64,000 bases of DNA from Lama guanicoe (taxonomy: Eukaryota), in contig MU054116.1 in assembly GCA_013239625.1 (NCBI GenBank), positions 1 through 64,000 of the forward strand, given 5' to 3'. Positions 1 to 12,736 of this stretch are shown here, piece by piece; the stretch's first letter is position 1, and every line of letters starts with the position of its first letter. The position numbers and the translations under genes were made by a program. Below the pieces are notes generated by a model. It made no database searches. It saw only the letters and a list, made by a program, of their open reading frames with translations, and was not told the DNA's origin.

Positions 1-399
1 TTCTGGGTATCAGATAATAATCGATTTTTGTTCTTTCTGTTGGTTCCATATATTTACATGTTTTGATATAAAATTAAATTTGCTAAACATTTATTATCTT
101 TGGACTCTACTTGATGGCACATAACTTAAGTAAAAAGCCAAAGACAATACTGCCAAGGCAATCTTGACGAAAAGGGGAGGGCAGATTACATTACCAGACA
201 GAGCTGAGACAGTGCCTTAGCTGTCCATGGACAGTCAAATAGTCAGTGGGCCTGAGGCATCTCAGTACACCATAGTAAGAGGTGTTTCATATCAGCTTTA
301 GATTGTCAGCCATGTGAATATTTACTATTTATTAATGTGGTTCTCTAGTATAAAGTTTTCCAATGTAAAGCAAATTTCTCCCCTGAGAAATTTAAAATT

Positions 400-1500
400 A
401 CTCTGTAGTGCAGGGATATTTTGACTGTATGAATATTATATTGCCTAACAAACTTTTATCTATTATAATCATTCCTTATTATTTGTTCTCTAACGTATTT
501 ATTGATGGCAATATATAATAGTATAACATTAAAACAAAGGTGATTTTTCTAAATCCATTACTCTTTCTACATTTATTAGAATTTTACAATAAAGAAAAGC
601 ATTTTATTCTCTAATCCTAGTATCAATTTATGCACTTTTTATATTGTTTTTCTACATAACGTGTTATTGTCTATTTTTATCATTGTTCAGTTCAGTGCTC
701 CAAATGTCTTGATATTGTCAGTGAGAACAACTTCTAAGTGAATCTTTATCTCTTGACATGTGGCTACATTTTCGGAGCACTTATATTTTGGAACGATAAG
801 ATACTTCAGCTCTTCCTGTCGCTTCAATGTTAAGTCCTGGAATCCACCTGGGTCAATCATTTCTCCAGTTCTCAGAAGTTATTTTCAGCGAGAAATAGTA
901 CTCTGAGTTCAAGATCTGGATGCTTTGTGTGGTTCTTGCTATTGAGTTATCATTATTCCCTGGAGCTTGCAGGAAATAGAGAAAGGAAATACATTTGGAA
1001 AAGGAATGGAATCACCATTCTTATTCCAGTCCAATAACACAGGATTTTTCAACTTCCTCTCTTATACCACATTGTGTCTCTTTCTCTGCAGTGAGAAACC
1101 TGGCTCCAACAAACCCATTCTCCTGTCAGTTACTCAATTCTACAACACATACAGTTTCTGAACTGTGACACTGCAAGTAGAAAAAGAAACCTACTAAAAC
1201 AGGTCATTCTCCTTTGCAAACCTTGTCCTACTGATGGTCCGTTCAAAATGCTATCTTGAAAACTTACTTGTATCAATTTTTGTTCTTCACCCAACAAGCT
1301 TATGTTTATTTTAAAATTATATTCACTTGTGTGTATTCAATGTTAAGGTTTTTCCCCATTTTTGACCATTTAATTTTATCTTTGAAATATGTGAAACAAT
1401 GAGAATATCTCAAAAGTTAATACTATGCAAAATAGGTATACTCAGAATTGTGTCACTTAACTTTATTTTACTTCAATAATCTCTCTCTCGTTTCCTACCT
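400..1500 (-). mobile_element. Old LINE-1 3' region (L1MC-like), degraded
   Basis: 835-965 (cctggaatc...catttctcc...caagatctggatgctttgtgtggttcttgctattgag) resembles the antisense L1MC4-type 3' UTR. Limits approximate. Confidence 0.55.
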
Positions 1501-1644
1501 CAGTACCTGTTTTCATTATACAAGCCTTACACTATATTGTATCTGTATGCTTAAATGTCTCATACTACTCTTGTTTCTCAAGATCTCTTGATCATTATTG
1601 CATGCCTGTTTTCCGCATGAAATTTAGTGCTGGTTTTAGTATTA

Positions 1645-2170
1645 GTGCTCTTCCACCTTGGCAAATGACCCAGCAATTCCAGTGCTATTTGAAGACTCAG
1701 TGACAAAGGGGATGCTATAAGGTGGAGATTCAAACTACAACAAACTTGTGGAAAAATCTTTTACAGATAAACATTCTCCTTTGGAACAACAAACCTTAGC
1801 TTGCTACTGGGTCTTAGTAGAGACTAAAGGCCAAACCACAGAGCATCAACTGACCATTACATTAGAGTTCCCATAGTCAACAGAGTGTTACTGGACTTTC
1901 TGATTTATAAACTTGGTAATTTATAGCTGCGATCTATCATCAAAGGGAGATAGTACTTGGGAGCTCAGACTTGAGCAGGTCCAGAAGGCAGAAGTAAAGC
2001 TTAGAAACAGATGACTCAGACTTCTCCAAAACCGGTTTCTCCTGCATTACATCCTCTTCCTCTGTCCATACGTACGGCCCTATTGAGATTACCTAATAAC
2101 TAGCTGACCAACGTATAAAGATATGCACCTGGTGACAGAAGTTCTGCACAATAGGCTAGCATCCACTCAT
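1645..2170 (+). mobile_element. ERVL internal fragment (pol, RNase H region), degraded
   Basis: atgacccagcaattccagtgctatttga...ttctcctttggaacaaca...gcttgctactgggtcttagtagagact...gagcaggtccagaaggcagaagtaa follows the recalled ERVL pol consensus (LACYWxLVET). No open frame. Confidence 0.7.
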
Positions 2171-2179
2171 AAGTAAATG

Positions 2180-3340
2180 ATTGACAGAGAAAATATATGC
2201 CATGTAAACAACATATATTTTTAAGTACTGGTAGAGCTATAGCAGTATTAGTCAAGGTAAATGTTACAGAAAAAAGTATACTTCACATGGAGAGGAATTA
2301 ATGGTTTTTCTTAATGATAAAAAGTTATGTCCAATAAAAAGTAACAACTCCAATTTGCATCTGCATAAAAACAGAGTTAATATTTTTAAAAATAAAAACA
2401 TTGGTATAAAGGGAAAAAATAACTACAAAGAGAACAAAAGAACTACAGAGACGCTTTGGAAGATTTAAAGAACTCATTAATAATACAAACAGTAGAAGTA
2501 GAGATTTAAATCATGTGATTAATGGACTCAAATAGACACTCGGAATCAAATAGAACACTTCACTCAGCATTACATATAATTTTATAATTCACAAGAAATG
2601 TTTACAAAACTCTGGCCATATTCTAGGCTATGAAGTGAATGAAGCTCAAGTAATTTACAATGATTTAATTTAAAGGAAGTATGTTTTATCATAGTATAAG
2701 AGGATTCTTCTGAAAATCTTACATACCAGCAGACCGATTTCTAGTAGTCTGAGGCAGACAACATTCAGTAGCCTCTCCCTCAGCGTAAGGAAGAAATGTG
2801 TAGCACGTGCCCCACATCTGGGCTCTTCAGGGCCTGCTGGAGGACTGCTGTCTCTCTAGCCCATCTTGGGGCCCTTATGGTACCTCACATGCTCTAGATG
2901 CCCAGAGGCTGCTGACAACAAAAAGAGCTGTGTGACTTCTTCAAGCAACTGAGTTACAGCAGACAGAAATAGAGCAAGAGATTATAGGTTACTGCTGCAT
3001 AAAATGGACAAAAATCTTCCGATTAGAAAGCTCCAAACACAAATCTAGAAGACACATCCTCAGGAAAGATTTCAGCAGTCCCCAGAATCTCTAGTGGACA
3101 GAATGGGGATGGTCTTCCCTTTACAAATCCAGTCTAAAAAAACTGAGAGATGTGGCTGTTTTGTCAAATTGTAAGCAGCAACACCACGTTATAAGAAACA
3201 CGAAGAAACAAGCAAAAGGGGAGAATGACTCAATGAAAGAAATGAATAAATCTCTAAAAACAGACCCAAAAGGAATGGAGACGGACGAATACCTGACAAA
3301 AAAACAAAATAACTCATAAAGATGATCCTTGACTTCAGGA
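2180..3340 (+). mobile_element. Degraded old LINE-1 pieces (ORF2 endonuclease-like part, then 5' UTR/ORF1 start-like part)
   Basis: A-rich strand with L1-like phrases (gaaatgtttacaaaactctggccatattctaggc; gaataaatctctaaaaacagacccaaaaggaatggaga). Confidence 0.5.
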
Positions 3341-4011
3341 AAGTGGCAGTGTTTTAAGTCTTATTGCATTTCTTTTGAATTTTTTAATATAAATATTTCA
3401 TAAAAATGATAGAAAACAGAAAATATAGAAATTATGTAAATATTACATAATATCATGAACAGTGTTTATCTTGAAAATAAGCACTAAATTTCACAAAGTA
3501 CAAAACTCTACATTTAATGTGCAATATTATAGTACATATTATTTCTTCGGACTGAAATTAATATATAATAATACGAACATGTAGAGCCTTTACACCTCAA
3601 CATATTATCAATGTTCATCTTCAAAATACACAAGAAATTAGACATTAATTCTGGAACTCTACATTTGAACTACAATGTGAAATCATAGGATCCTTTTAGG
3701 GACTGATATTTAATAGAATTAAAATTATTTTCTACCTCAGACTGTAAAGTATGTTTTAAAGAAATACGTTTATTCCCAGAAAATTCTGTAGGAGAAATAA
3801 CCTTTCCTGTATTTTTAAATGTCAATAAACAATGCACTGGAGAAACTTAGGCACGGAAGTGGAAGAAATGGGTTGGGAAAATACATTAACTGTAATGTGG
3901 GTGTAAAGCAACTTTGAAACTATAAACAGCAAGCATAGTTGTATGACATGCAGGAATTCCAAGATTTAACATAATAGCTCTTTAGAGTGTCCTTTATTTT
4001 TGTCAAAAAAT

Positions 4012-4947
4012 TCATTTCGTGGCAGAAAATATTACTTTATAGACCATGTCTTTGAAGGCTTGTTTCACTTGCTGGTTTCTCAGGGTGTAAATGAAGGGGT
4101 TGAGCATGGGGGCAACAGACGTGTTGAGAACAGCTACTCCTTTAGTGACAGATGCCTTTTCTTTGGCCGAGGGATTAGCATACATGAATATACAGCTCCC
4201 ATAAGAGATGGAAATGACAATCATGTGAGAGGAACACGTGGAGAAAGCCTTTTTCCTCTGACTGGCAGATGGGATTCTCAGAATAGTCCTGATGATGTAC
4301 ATATAAGACAGAATCACTAATGCCAAGGTGAACAGCAAACTAACCACAGCAAAGTAAAATCCCATTACTTCTAGGAGCCACGTATCTGAGCAAGATAATT
4401 GCAAAAGGGGGAAATAGTCACATGCAAAGTGATCAATGACATTGGAGGCACAGAAATCCAGCTGGAGGAGAAGCACAACGGGTGGGAAAACAGTCAGAAA
4501 GGAACCCAGCCATGCACACAGTGCAAGCAGGCTGCAGACCTTCCTGCTCATGATGGTTGTGTAATGAAGGGGCTTGCAGATGGCAACGTAGCGGTCGTAG
4601 GACATGGCAGTTAGAATGTAAAACTCTGTCACCCCCATGAAAATGAAGAAAAATAGCTGAGCTGCACAACTGTTATAAGAAATAGTCTTATCTCTGGTGA
4701 TAATTGCCCCCAGAAACCTAGGGATACATACAGTGGTAAAGGAGACTTCTAGGAAAGAGAAGTTTCGGAGGAAGAAATACATTGGCGTCTGTAGATGGGA
4801 GTCCAGCAAAGTCAGGGTGATGATAGTGAGGTTTCCAGTGACACTTAATACATATGTGATAAATAAAAAGAGGAAAATCACAATCTGAAGGTGAGGATCA
4901 TCAGAAAGGCCTAGGAGGACAAACTCTGTGATCACTGTGTGGTTCAT
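4012..4947 (-). CDS. OR6C3: Olfactory receptor, family 6 subfamily C, OR6C3-like (311 aa, apparently intact)
   Basis: Intronless ORF with all OR motifs: N-terminal NHT sequon, [81 protein letters not shown] and [11 protein letters not shown] match my recollection of human OR6C3. A close paralogue cannot be excluded without a tree. Confidence 0.9.
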   Translation of the reverse strand: MNHTVITEFVLLGLSDDPHLQIVIFLFLFITYVLSVTGNLTIITLTLLDSHLQTPMYFFLRNFSFLEVSFTTVCIPRFLGAIITRDKTISYNSCAAQLFFFIFMGVTEFYILTAMSYDRYVAICKPLHYTTIMSRKVCSLLALCAWLGSFLTVFPPVVLLLQLDFCASNVIDHFACDYFPLLQLSCSDTWLLEVMGFYFAVVSLLFTLALVILSYMYIIRTILRIPSASQRKKAFSTCSSHMIVISISYGSCIFMYANPSAKEKASVTKGVAVLNTSVAPMLNPFIYTLRNQQVKQAFKDMVYKVIFSATK

Positions 4948-7039
4948 TTCTCTCTCTCTCTTTCTCCTTTTTCCTTCTTTAAGGATATTTAGGTGGAAAA
5001 TATATTAAAGGGAAGAGATGAGGATATAATTCATCATGATCAATATCATCATCGATACGATTCTAAAACATTTTCTAGAATCCATGCTGATGTTATTTTC
5101 TCTTGACTATTTTATTTGCATTATGTCTTAATACATATTTGTGAGTCCTGCTTTATTTACTCGTTCTCATTTAAATCTAGCAGAAGTTAGGAAATCTTCA
5201 TAAAGTAAGTCACATTATTGAGAGGTGGCAAATGAAATCAATAATTTTTGCTTTGCCCAATTTATGCAAATCATTGCATTTTTGTCAAAACCACCATATA
5301 AAATACACATTTTTCCTTTTTTCTCTGATGTATTTATTAGAAGATACTACCAGCTAAAGACAGAAATAGATGGCCTCAATTCCATTAAAAGATACAAATA
5401 AAACTTAGAAGACTAAGGCGTCGACCCGTTACTTTTTATGATGTAAGGACTCAATGAATGATTTTCTTAGGATATAAAATAAAGTTTAAAATGTTTATTT
5501 ACTACATAATTTAATTACTTATATTTTTCAATACCAATATTTCTTGATGGAGCTACTCAGATAAAATGAAAATACTGTATACATATTATTTAGTAATATA
5601 TATATGTATTTAGTATAAAATAGAATAAGTAACCTAACATTTTATAACAAATACAGAATATATTCACTTTCTCTCTTAATAATTTGTTTTATAATTCTAC
5701 TGAAATCATTAATGTTTGACATCTTCTGTGACTTACTAGAAATGTATATATGGAAACATGTTTATTTTTGAGCTTAAAGGGATATGCAGTATTTATTCAT
5801 TTTTCATTTGACACTGAAGCACAAATTGAAAAATAACTACTTGCCTCAGATCTCAGCAGCTCTGTCACCCAGGTTGTAGCCCAGCACATTTTCCGTCTGG
5901 ACGTCCTTTGTTCACAGCTATTAAGCTTTATGAAAAAATGTAGTTCTGCCTCACATTTAGTTTTACATGCGACAACTGATCCATAAGGATATTCCAGAAA
6001 CGTGTAGGAAAACCTCTCCTTCATCCTAACCTATTCAGTGCATCCCCAGCTGAGCTGGATACACCATTCTGTGCGTTTGGATTGCTAAAATCACGTCAGC
6101 TACCTTCTTCGTATTTCAGACAGCCACAGTTCTGCTGTGCATAATAGACTGGAACATCACTGCTTCTCTGCCAGACACTAGCAAAGTCATATTAATTAAG
6201 TTTGATTAAACTTTCTCTATTTTATGAACACTCAAGGGAAATAGTTTAGGAAATAAAAATGGAGTGTCAGAAAACTTAAGAAGATTGGAAATATACTATA
6301 GTCCTCTTCCATAATGTTGCTCTAGAAGTTTAAGAAAGTCATATTTAAAGAGAGAACTGACAGGGATATGACACTACTGGGTATTATGAGTACAGATTCT
6401 TAAATCTGGTGTCCCTCTGGTTGTATTAATAAATTTTCAAGTCTGGTTGTTTTAACCCATGAAGAGAGTCATGCATTCATCTCCTGGGAACAAGGCAAAG
6501 TCAGGACACATCTCTGCTGTACTGTAGACCATGAGGGATTTGTGGAAGTCACCCTTGGTATTTTCAGTAGCCTCCTAACTCTTCTCTGTCGTGCATCTCC
6601 CTTGAGAATGGTTACATTCATCTTTGTATCCCATAGAGGACCTAAACGTTGACTTATACAAAATAATCACCTCCATTAACCACAAGTATTGACTATTTCA
6701 AGAATAATCAAAATAGATGTGACATCTTACAAAAACAGAACTCAGTCTAATTTGCACTTGATATACGGAGAGCATATCCAAGTAACACTCCCAAAGCATT
6801 AAGAATCTAACCAATAATCAACCTGTGCAGTCTGCAGTCAGCAGTGATTTCATTAGACAATGAAACCCTGGTAGTCTGCATTTACACACTAGCAAGGCAG
6901 AGCTCACCTAGGATCAAATCACTACTAAAACAGATTAAAGAAGGCTGCACCGTGAATGCCCGGCCTATGCAGAGGGCTGGCTGCTTCCAAATGCATTTGA
7001 CAGTTTAAAGAAAGAAAATGCAAATTCAATGTATCAATT

Positions 7040-7400
7040 ACCTCATAACCAAAGAGATGGCACAGCCAATATGAAATCTTGTTCCTACAGTTTCCTTAAT
7101 GGTAAAAGTTATGTAATTCACAACCTCTCCATATGTCTTAGGTGAATGTTAAGGTGTTGACTGGGAAAGAGTAGGGACTGAGAATCGGAATGAAGGTATC
7201 TGTGGACTCAGATGACTCGGAACATCTGAACATGGAGGCTCCACCCAGACTCCCTTGCCAACAGAAGGATCCTGTTTCTCTGCTTCGTGAAATTGGTCAT
7301 GCATTTCTAGAGACTCTGCAATTACCTCACTTAAAGGAGTTAATTTTTTCTCACATATGCATTCACTGCTCACAGACTATTTTCAAACCTCTAGCATGTA
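7040..7400 (+). mobile_element. ERVL/MaLR internal (gag-like) fragment
   Basis: aattcacaacctc...gttaaggtgttgactgggaaagagtagggactgagaat...tgtggactcagatga...ctcccttgcca resembles the ERVL-int gag region. Confidence 0.55.
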
Positions 7401-7679
7401 TCGAAGTCTGGCATTTTCCAGGAGATGGTAAGCCATGTAAAAGCTAAGAAAGAAGAGCCTTACATATGAAAAGTTTTACAAGTTTTTGCTAATTAAAAAA
7501 AAATCATTGGTGATGATGATGAAACCAAACCAAACCAAAAGCAGCAACAACAAAGAAACATAAAAATTACCTTTGGCCTCTGAAATGCTGGGAGTCAGAA
7601 TCCCTCCCACCAGAAACAAGCTTAGCACCAGAGCCCCTTATTGAGTCACAAACAACATGAGTGAAACGTAAGTCCATTT

Positions 7680-8930
7680 TACTAAGTGAAAGAATCATTC
7701 AAACGCTGAGCATTATAGGATTCTATGTGTGTGACAATCTGGATCAGCAAATCGATCAGGATAGAAAACAAATCAGTTGTTGCCAGGGTTGAGAGAGGGA
7801 TGAAGGGTTGACTGCAATGGGGCAACATGAGGGACTTTGTGAGATGGTACAGCTCTCCTGTGTGCTTCTGTAGGGGTGGAAACATGACTCCATGCATTTT
7901 CAAACACGCATAGAGCAGTAAACAGCCCACAGGAAGTGACTTCCGCTAAGTGAAAATGTTTTAAAAATATCTCCCAGGATGCTGCTGAAACTGAAGAGGA
8001 ACCCATACAGCGACAAGTAAATCTTGAAAGCAGCTGTTTTGCCCATTTCCTATTTCTATCCCCCTTATGAGCTTAAAAGAGCCTAATTACAGCAATGTGA
8101 CCACTAAGCAATTGAAAGTAACACCTGACTTACACTCTCCTCAATGCACACCACGCCTTGTCTAAAACCTGTTGATTCTTGCCTGGATAAAAAGAAGTCA
8201 GAATGAGGAACTACGCAGTTAAAGAATGATTAGCCCTCTATCCCCAGCAGCCCCCTTAGCAATCCTGCAGGCAGATCACAGGGCAAGACAGCATCTGAAG
8301 AGTCAGCCAGTCTGCACGTGATGGACACTGAGGCAGAACCAACCCCCTGCCTCGATGAGTCACTCAGATTCCTCCCCTCACTCAGATTCCTCCCCTCCAT
8401 ATTTCCTTTTAAAAACTGTCATGGCTGGGCAGGCTCTTCCAAGCGGATCTCCGGACATGAGTCTACCATTTCCCCAGATTGCCAGCTTTTCTGATTAAAG
8501 CCTTTCCTTTCTACTGACACTTGCCTCTTGAATTTATTGGCTTTTGAGCAGTGAGCTGCCAAACCTGAGTTTGTTAACAATCTCACTGTTTCACAAATTA
8601 ATGGCATGATCAATACTAAAGGGGGCACGTAAGAAATGTATTGGCCTAGGTAATTTTGGAAAACTGCTTTGACTTGATAATCTGAGGCTGATTAAAAAAA
8701 AAATCACAAACTCTGCACTGTAGTGACAGGTTCGCTTCTCAAAGGCATAAGGGTTAAAATCATTCTAAAATTATGCTATATGTTCATTAGATTTGAACAA
8801 ATAAGTGTATATATTTTCATAACATGAGCAAGGCTTCTCCCTATCAGGTAAGAAGTTATACATATGCAAATGAACAGTATCACAATAAACTCTGGACTAA
8901 AGAACTGAAGTTAGAAGTAGCATATGAACT
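7680..8930 (+). mobile_element. Old LINE-1 3' UTR (L1MC/MD-like), interrupted by a solo LTR at 8025-8579
   Basis: ctaagtgaaagaa...aaatcagttgttgccaggg...ttgactgcaatggggcaacatgaggga is typical of old L1 3' ends. The sequence resumes after the LTR TSD. Confidence 0.6.
8025..8579 (+). mobile_element. Solo LTR, probably ERV1 class (555 bp)
   Basis: Starts TG (tgaaag), ends CA (gttaaca), flanked by a perfect 4-bp direct repeat ATCT (8021-8024, 8580-8583). TTTAAAAA box near 8408, ATTAAA poly(A) signal near 8494. Confidence 0.85.
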
Positions 8931-8947
8931 TCTGTGTATTTTACATA

Positions 8948-9235
8948 AAGTTGATCCATTAATGGACCTGATATTTGCAAATGTGTCTTCTAAAATGTAT
9001 TAATAAGCCCCAAATCATACAGGGGGCACTTTCCCAGAGGGCACATACAGAAAGAAGAAAAAAAACTGTTATCCTTCATACACTATCTCAGCTGAGGTTA
9101 GACAAGGTGATGCTCTGTTTTCTTTTTTCAATTCTCATACCTTAAACAAATGCCCTTTTCATGGCCTATTTAATGTCACATTTTTTTACATTTTTGTGTT
9201 TTTTATTGGTGTTTTTACTGCTTAAGATGGTCTTC
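8948..9235 (+). mobile_element. TcMar-Tigger derivative fragment (MER82-like)
   Basis: tcagctgaggttagacaaggtgatgctctg...tctcatac...aaacaaatgcccttttcatggcctatttaatg...tttttgtgttttttattggtg matches the recalled MER82 consensus. Confidence 0.6.
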
Positions 9236-9393
9236 AAAGAAGTTTCTTAAAAACGTGTATGTTCTTATAATCTATTATTGAATATACTTATATAAAAGCA
9301 GATTCTACTAAAAACTGAAAGCACATGAATTGCTATGCTCAAGAGAGATATATTATTGTTTAAGATTGTTATAAAAGGATTTGTTTTTAGCAC

Positions 9394-9500
9394 TGCCCTG
9401 GTTTGCATAGTGCTCTTCAAAAAATCCATGTCCACCTGGAATCTCTAGATATGATCTTATTTGGAAATAGAGTCTTTGCAAATGTAATCAAGTTAAGACG
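9394..9500 (+). mobile_element. MaLR LTR 5' fragment (MLT1-like)
   Basis: aaaaatccatgtccacctggaatctc...atgatcttatttggaaatagagtctttgcaaatgtaatcaagttaag is the MLT1 5' signature. Confidence 0.7.
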
Positions 9501-12500
9501 ATTTGCTCACTTTAGTTAATTTTTGATGATTCTTTAATTAAAGTAATTTTCCATGCAGCTTTATTTAATAAAATGTTGTCCAAGATGTATAATTTTAAAT
9601 AACATTTTGGCCTACAGATAAACATCAGATAAATACAATAGCGATGTTTGCAATTAAACATGAGCGTGTTTATGTCACATTACTCAAGTTCTTTTTAAGT
9701 CTCTTTCTTCAATATGTCCTGCATTTTGCTTAATCATATACCATGAATAACTTCATCTGTCTCCGAAAGAAACAGTAAGAATAACTTAAAAATCTTTGTT
9801 CAGAAAGTTTCTTTTATTTTAAGATCATTAAACAGTCCCAATTTCCATTTAATTTAAACTGTATGTATGTTTTATGGAACTCCTGGATTAAATAGCAACA
9901 AAATATGTCTTGAATAATTAATGTAAGTGGAATATTATATATGTCTTTTCAGATCAAAGTAGTGAGTAGTAAAATAATGCTGGGAGAGAATATTGCTTCT
10001 ACTGAACAAGATAAAAGGGAATGTGAGATTTCAAAAATAATGTCGAATTCTCACAATTTTTCTAAGAAGTGAAAATTATGCAAAGAGCTGTCGTTGTCAT
10101 CTTTGCATTCTCAGAAAGTAAGCTGGAGCCCAACACATACTAAATTAATTATGGAATGAGTAACTGATAGTGATTCTAGTCAGGATCAGGTTTTCTATGT
10201 CATCATTCAGGGGCAAGATATAAAACCTTTAGGGCAAGTCTGGTATCGTTTACGGTGTAGAATAATGGAGACCTCAGCCCCAGTCTAAAACATCACAATG
10301 AAGTCTTCATATTTTCCTTATGATTGGAGAAAAACCCACTTTTTCACAACTTAGTCTGCCACCACTTAGAAACTGTTAATCTCTAATACCACTTGGTTGC
10401 TGTTTCTACTCCTTGCGAAGTTATGAATTATTATAAAAAATGTAAATCTTTCCATATATTTTTCTGCTCTGGTATCAGGCCACTATCACCTAAATATTTT
10501 GTTCTAAATTGTGTACTAATTCAGACCATTGTTTAATGCTTAGTGTCTTGAGAACACCAATCTTCACCGTGCCTTTTTTGTTTATTCATCAGCTAATCCC
10601 CCTGAGTCCACTGTAATGGAGATAAAATTATGGCTAGTCTCAGTAACTTTACTTCTGCCCAAAAGATCATATCATCTTGCTCACGAAGCTTGGAAAGACA
10701 TTACATCCGCTGTCCTTTCAACTGTAACTTATTTCAAGTACCAAGGTGATACTTCTCCAAGTGACAATAGGTAGGATATCACCTACCCACCTACAGGCAG
10801 GATAAGTGGGAATGCAAACCCTCAGAGAAATTTGGGTTGATGTTCAGAAATGGGTTGATAAATAGCCTTTTTGTAAAAGCCGTAGAAGAGCTCTGAGAAT
10901 TAGTCTTTATTATCGATATTTTGGATATTTGGTTATAAATATAAGATGACAGGGGAGAAACAGATTGTGAAGGCTTTTAAAAATCCCAAAGCACTTAGTT
11001 TTCAGAAATTAAAGAAGACATTAGAAATGATATTGACTGAACCAGTCATATTTGCTATAAGAGAAAGTATTTTTTCGACAGTTTCTTTTAGGAACTTATT
11101 TTTTGCTTTAATAGTGTGTATTTATACTTTACACAAGTAATCTCAATTATGCACACTGAATAAATAAACTACACAATTTATATGAAATATATAAATGAAG
11201 AAACTTTTAAAGTGACTACAATTTAATAATTTTTGCAACATTTTTGTTTATTATAATATAAATATTTTGTGATTAATAGGACATCTATGATTTTTGTGTT
11301 CTTGCCTATATATCTTTTCATAATCACTTTTAATATAATTAGTATTAGGACACCTTGTAATCATTTTTGTACAATATTTAAAATATTTTCTTGAAGTATT
11401 TTATCCCTGAGGAAAATACTTACGTTTTACTTTTGCAGAACATGAATTTCATACATAGTGAATGTTAGCATTCATCATATAAAGGTGAAAGACAAAAAGA
11501 AGATGCATAGCTTATGACCACAAAGAGAATAGATGATTGAAAGTGGGAAAATATCCCTCTCAGTAATTACGTAGGCAAATATTGTGAGTAAGTTTATTAT
11601 CCTATTAATTGGCTGCTGCTGACAAAATAGTATCACTAAACCTCTGAAGAGTATAGAAAACAAATGAGGCCTTACATGCTTAGGCAGGCTTTCTGGACAT
11701 GTAATGTTGAAAAATAGTATCTTAGATGACAGCACATCTAAAGCTTCAATGGAAAAGAATAACTTAAAATGGGAGCAAACAATTAAACAAATCCTGTACA
11801 CTACCAAGAATTACATTAGATACCCAATATGGGAAAAAAGAAAAGAAAGATTCTTTGCCTCTCGAAAACTTACCTTGAATGTCAACTATTCCCTTTTATT
11901 ATCCCTAAAGGAAAAAATAAGCAATACTGTGGAGAAGTGCAAAACGATTTTGGAAATAAGTAAAAACACTGGCAGTTTATAAAAATAAAGTTAGGACTTA
12001 AGTAAAAGAACTACTTTGTATGTTTTCACACATATTTACATATAAATATATTCAGATATCGCACAGTGTAGACTCATGATAGATAAGCAGTTAAGAAAAA
12101 TATATTCAAAAGAGTGTATTTACAGTCTTACAAGACACTGCTATAATAGATTAGTAATTAAAACAGAATGCTTGCAGTGTAGACACTGAGATTCGATTGG
12201 GAAAACCCTCTCATCCATTAAATACCTCTATATACTATTCTCTGGGATGCATTACTCTATCAGATGGACAACAAAGTTGTCTCCAAGGATTATGAAACTT
12301 CAAATGGGTAAGGAGAGAGAAGTGCTTATTCAAAAATAGAAATATTTACAATGTATATGAGGAAGAAAGCAACAAAAGAGTATCTTCAAGAATATTGTGG
12401 TAGTTGGACGGAAGCTCTAAATAAGAATTTTACTTGGGGCTTTAATCTCTTTTTTTTGTTGTTTTCAGGAATATACTCAAATATTCAGAAGACAGACATT

Positions 12501-12736
12501 TATACTGAAATGTGTGAGAACACAATGAAGGAACTGTAGAATAGTGAATTAATATATATCAAAATGAATTACAGGGTTTTTTAAGTATTTTGTTTCTACA
12601 TGATACAAAATAATTTTTCTCTAAAAGCACGAGGCAGCAATATTTTCAAGTGTGCGTGCATGCATGTGTGTGTGTTTCTTGGCTTGTGTCATAGCTTTCT
12701 TTTTTATCTTCATCTATTTTACAGCTAGAACAAAGA

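Noticed and set aside
4000..4888. Antisense and alternative-frame ORFs over OR genes (4000-4320, 4697-4888, 24474-24734, 34299-34655, 41537-41812, 55623-55931 etc.), similar between loci
   Set aside because: These are shadow frames produced by the conserved OR coding sequence. Starts and stops vary between loci and there is no independent coding evidence.
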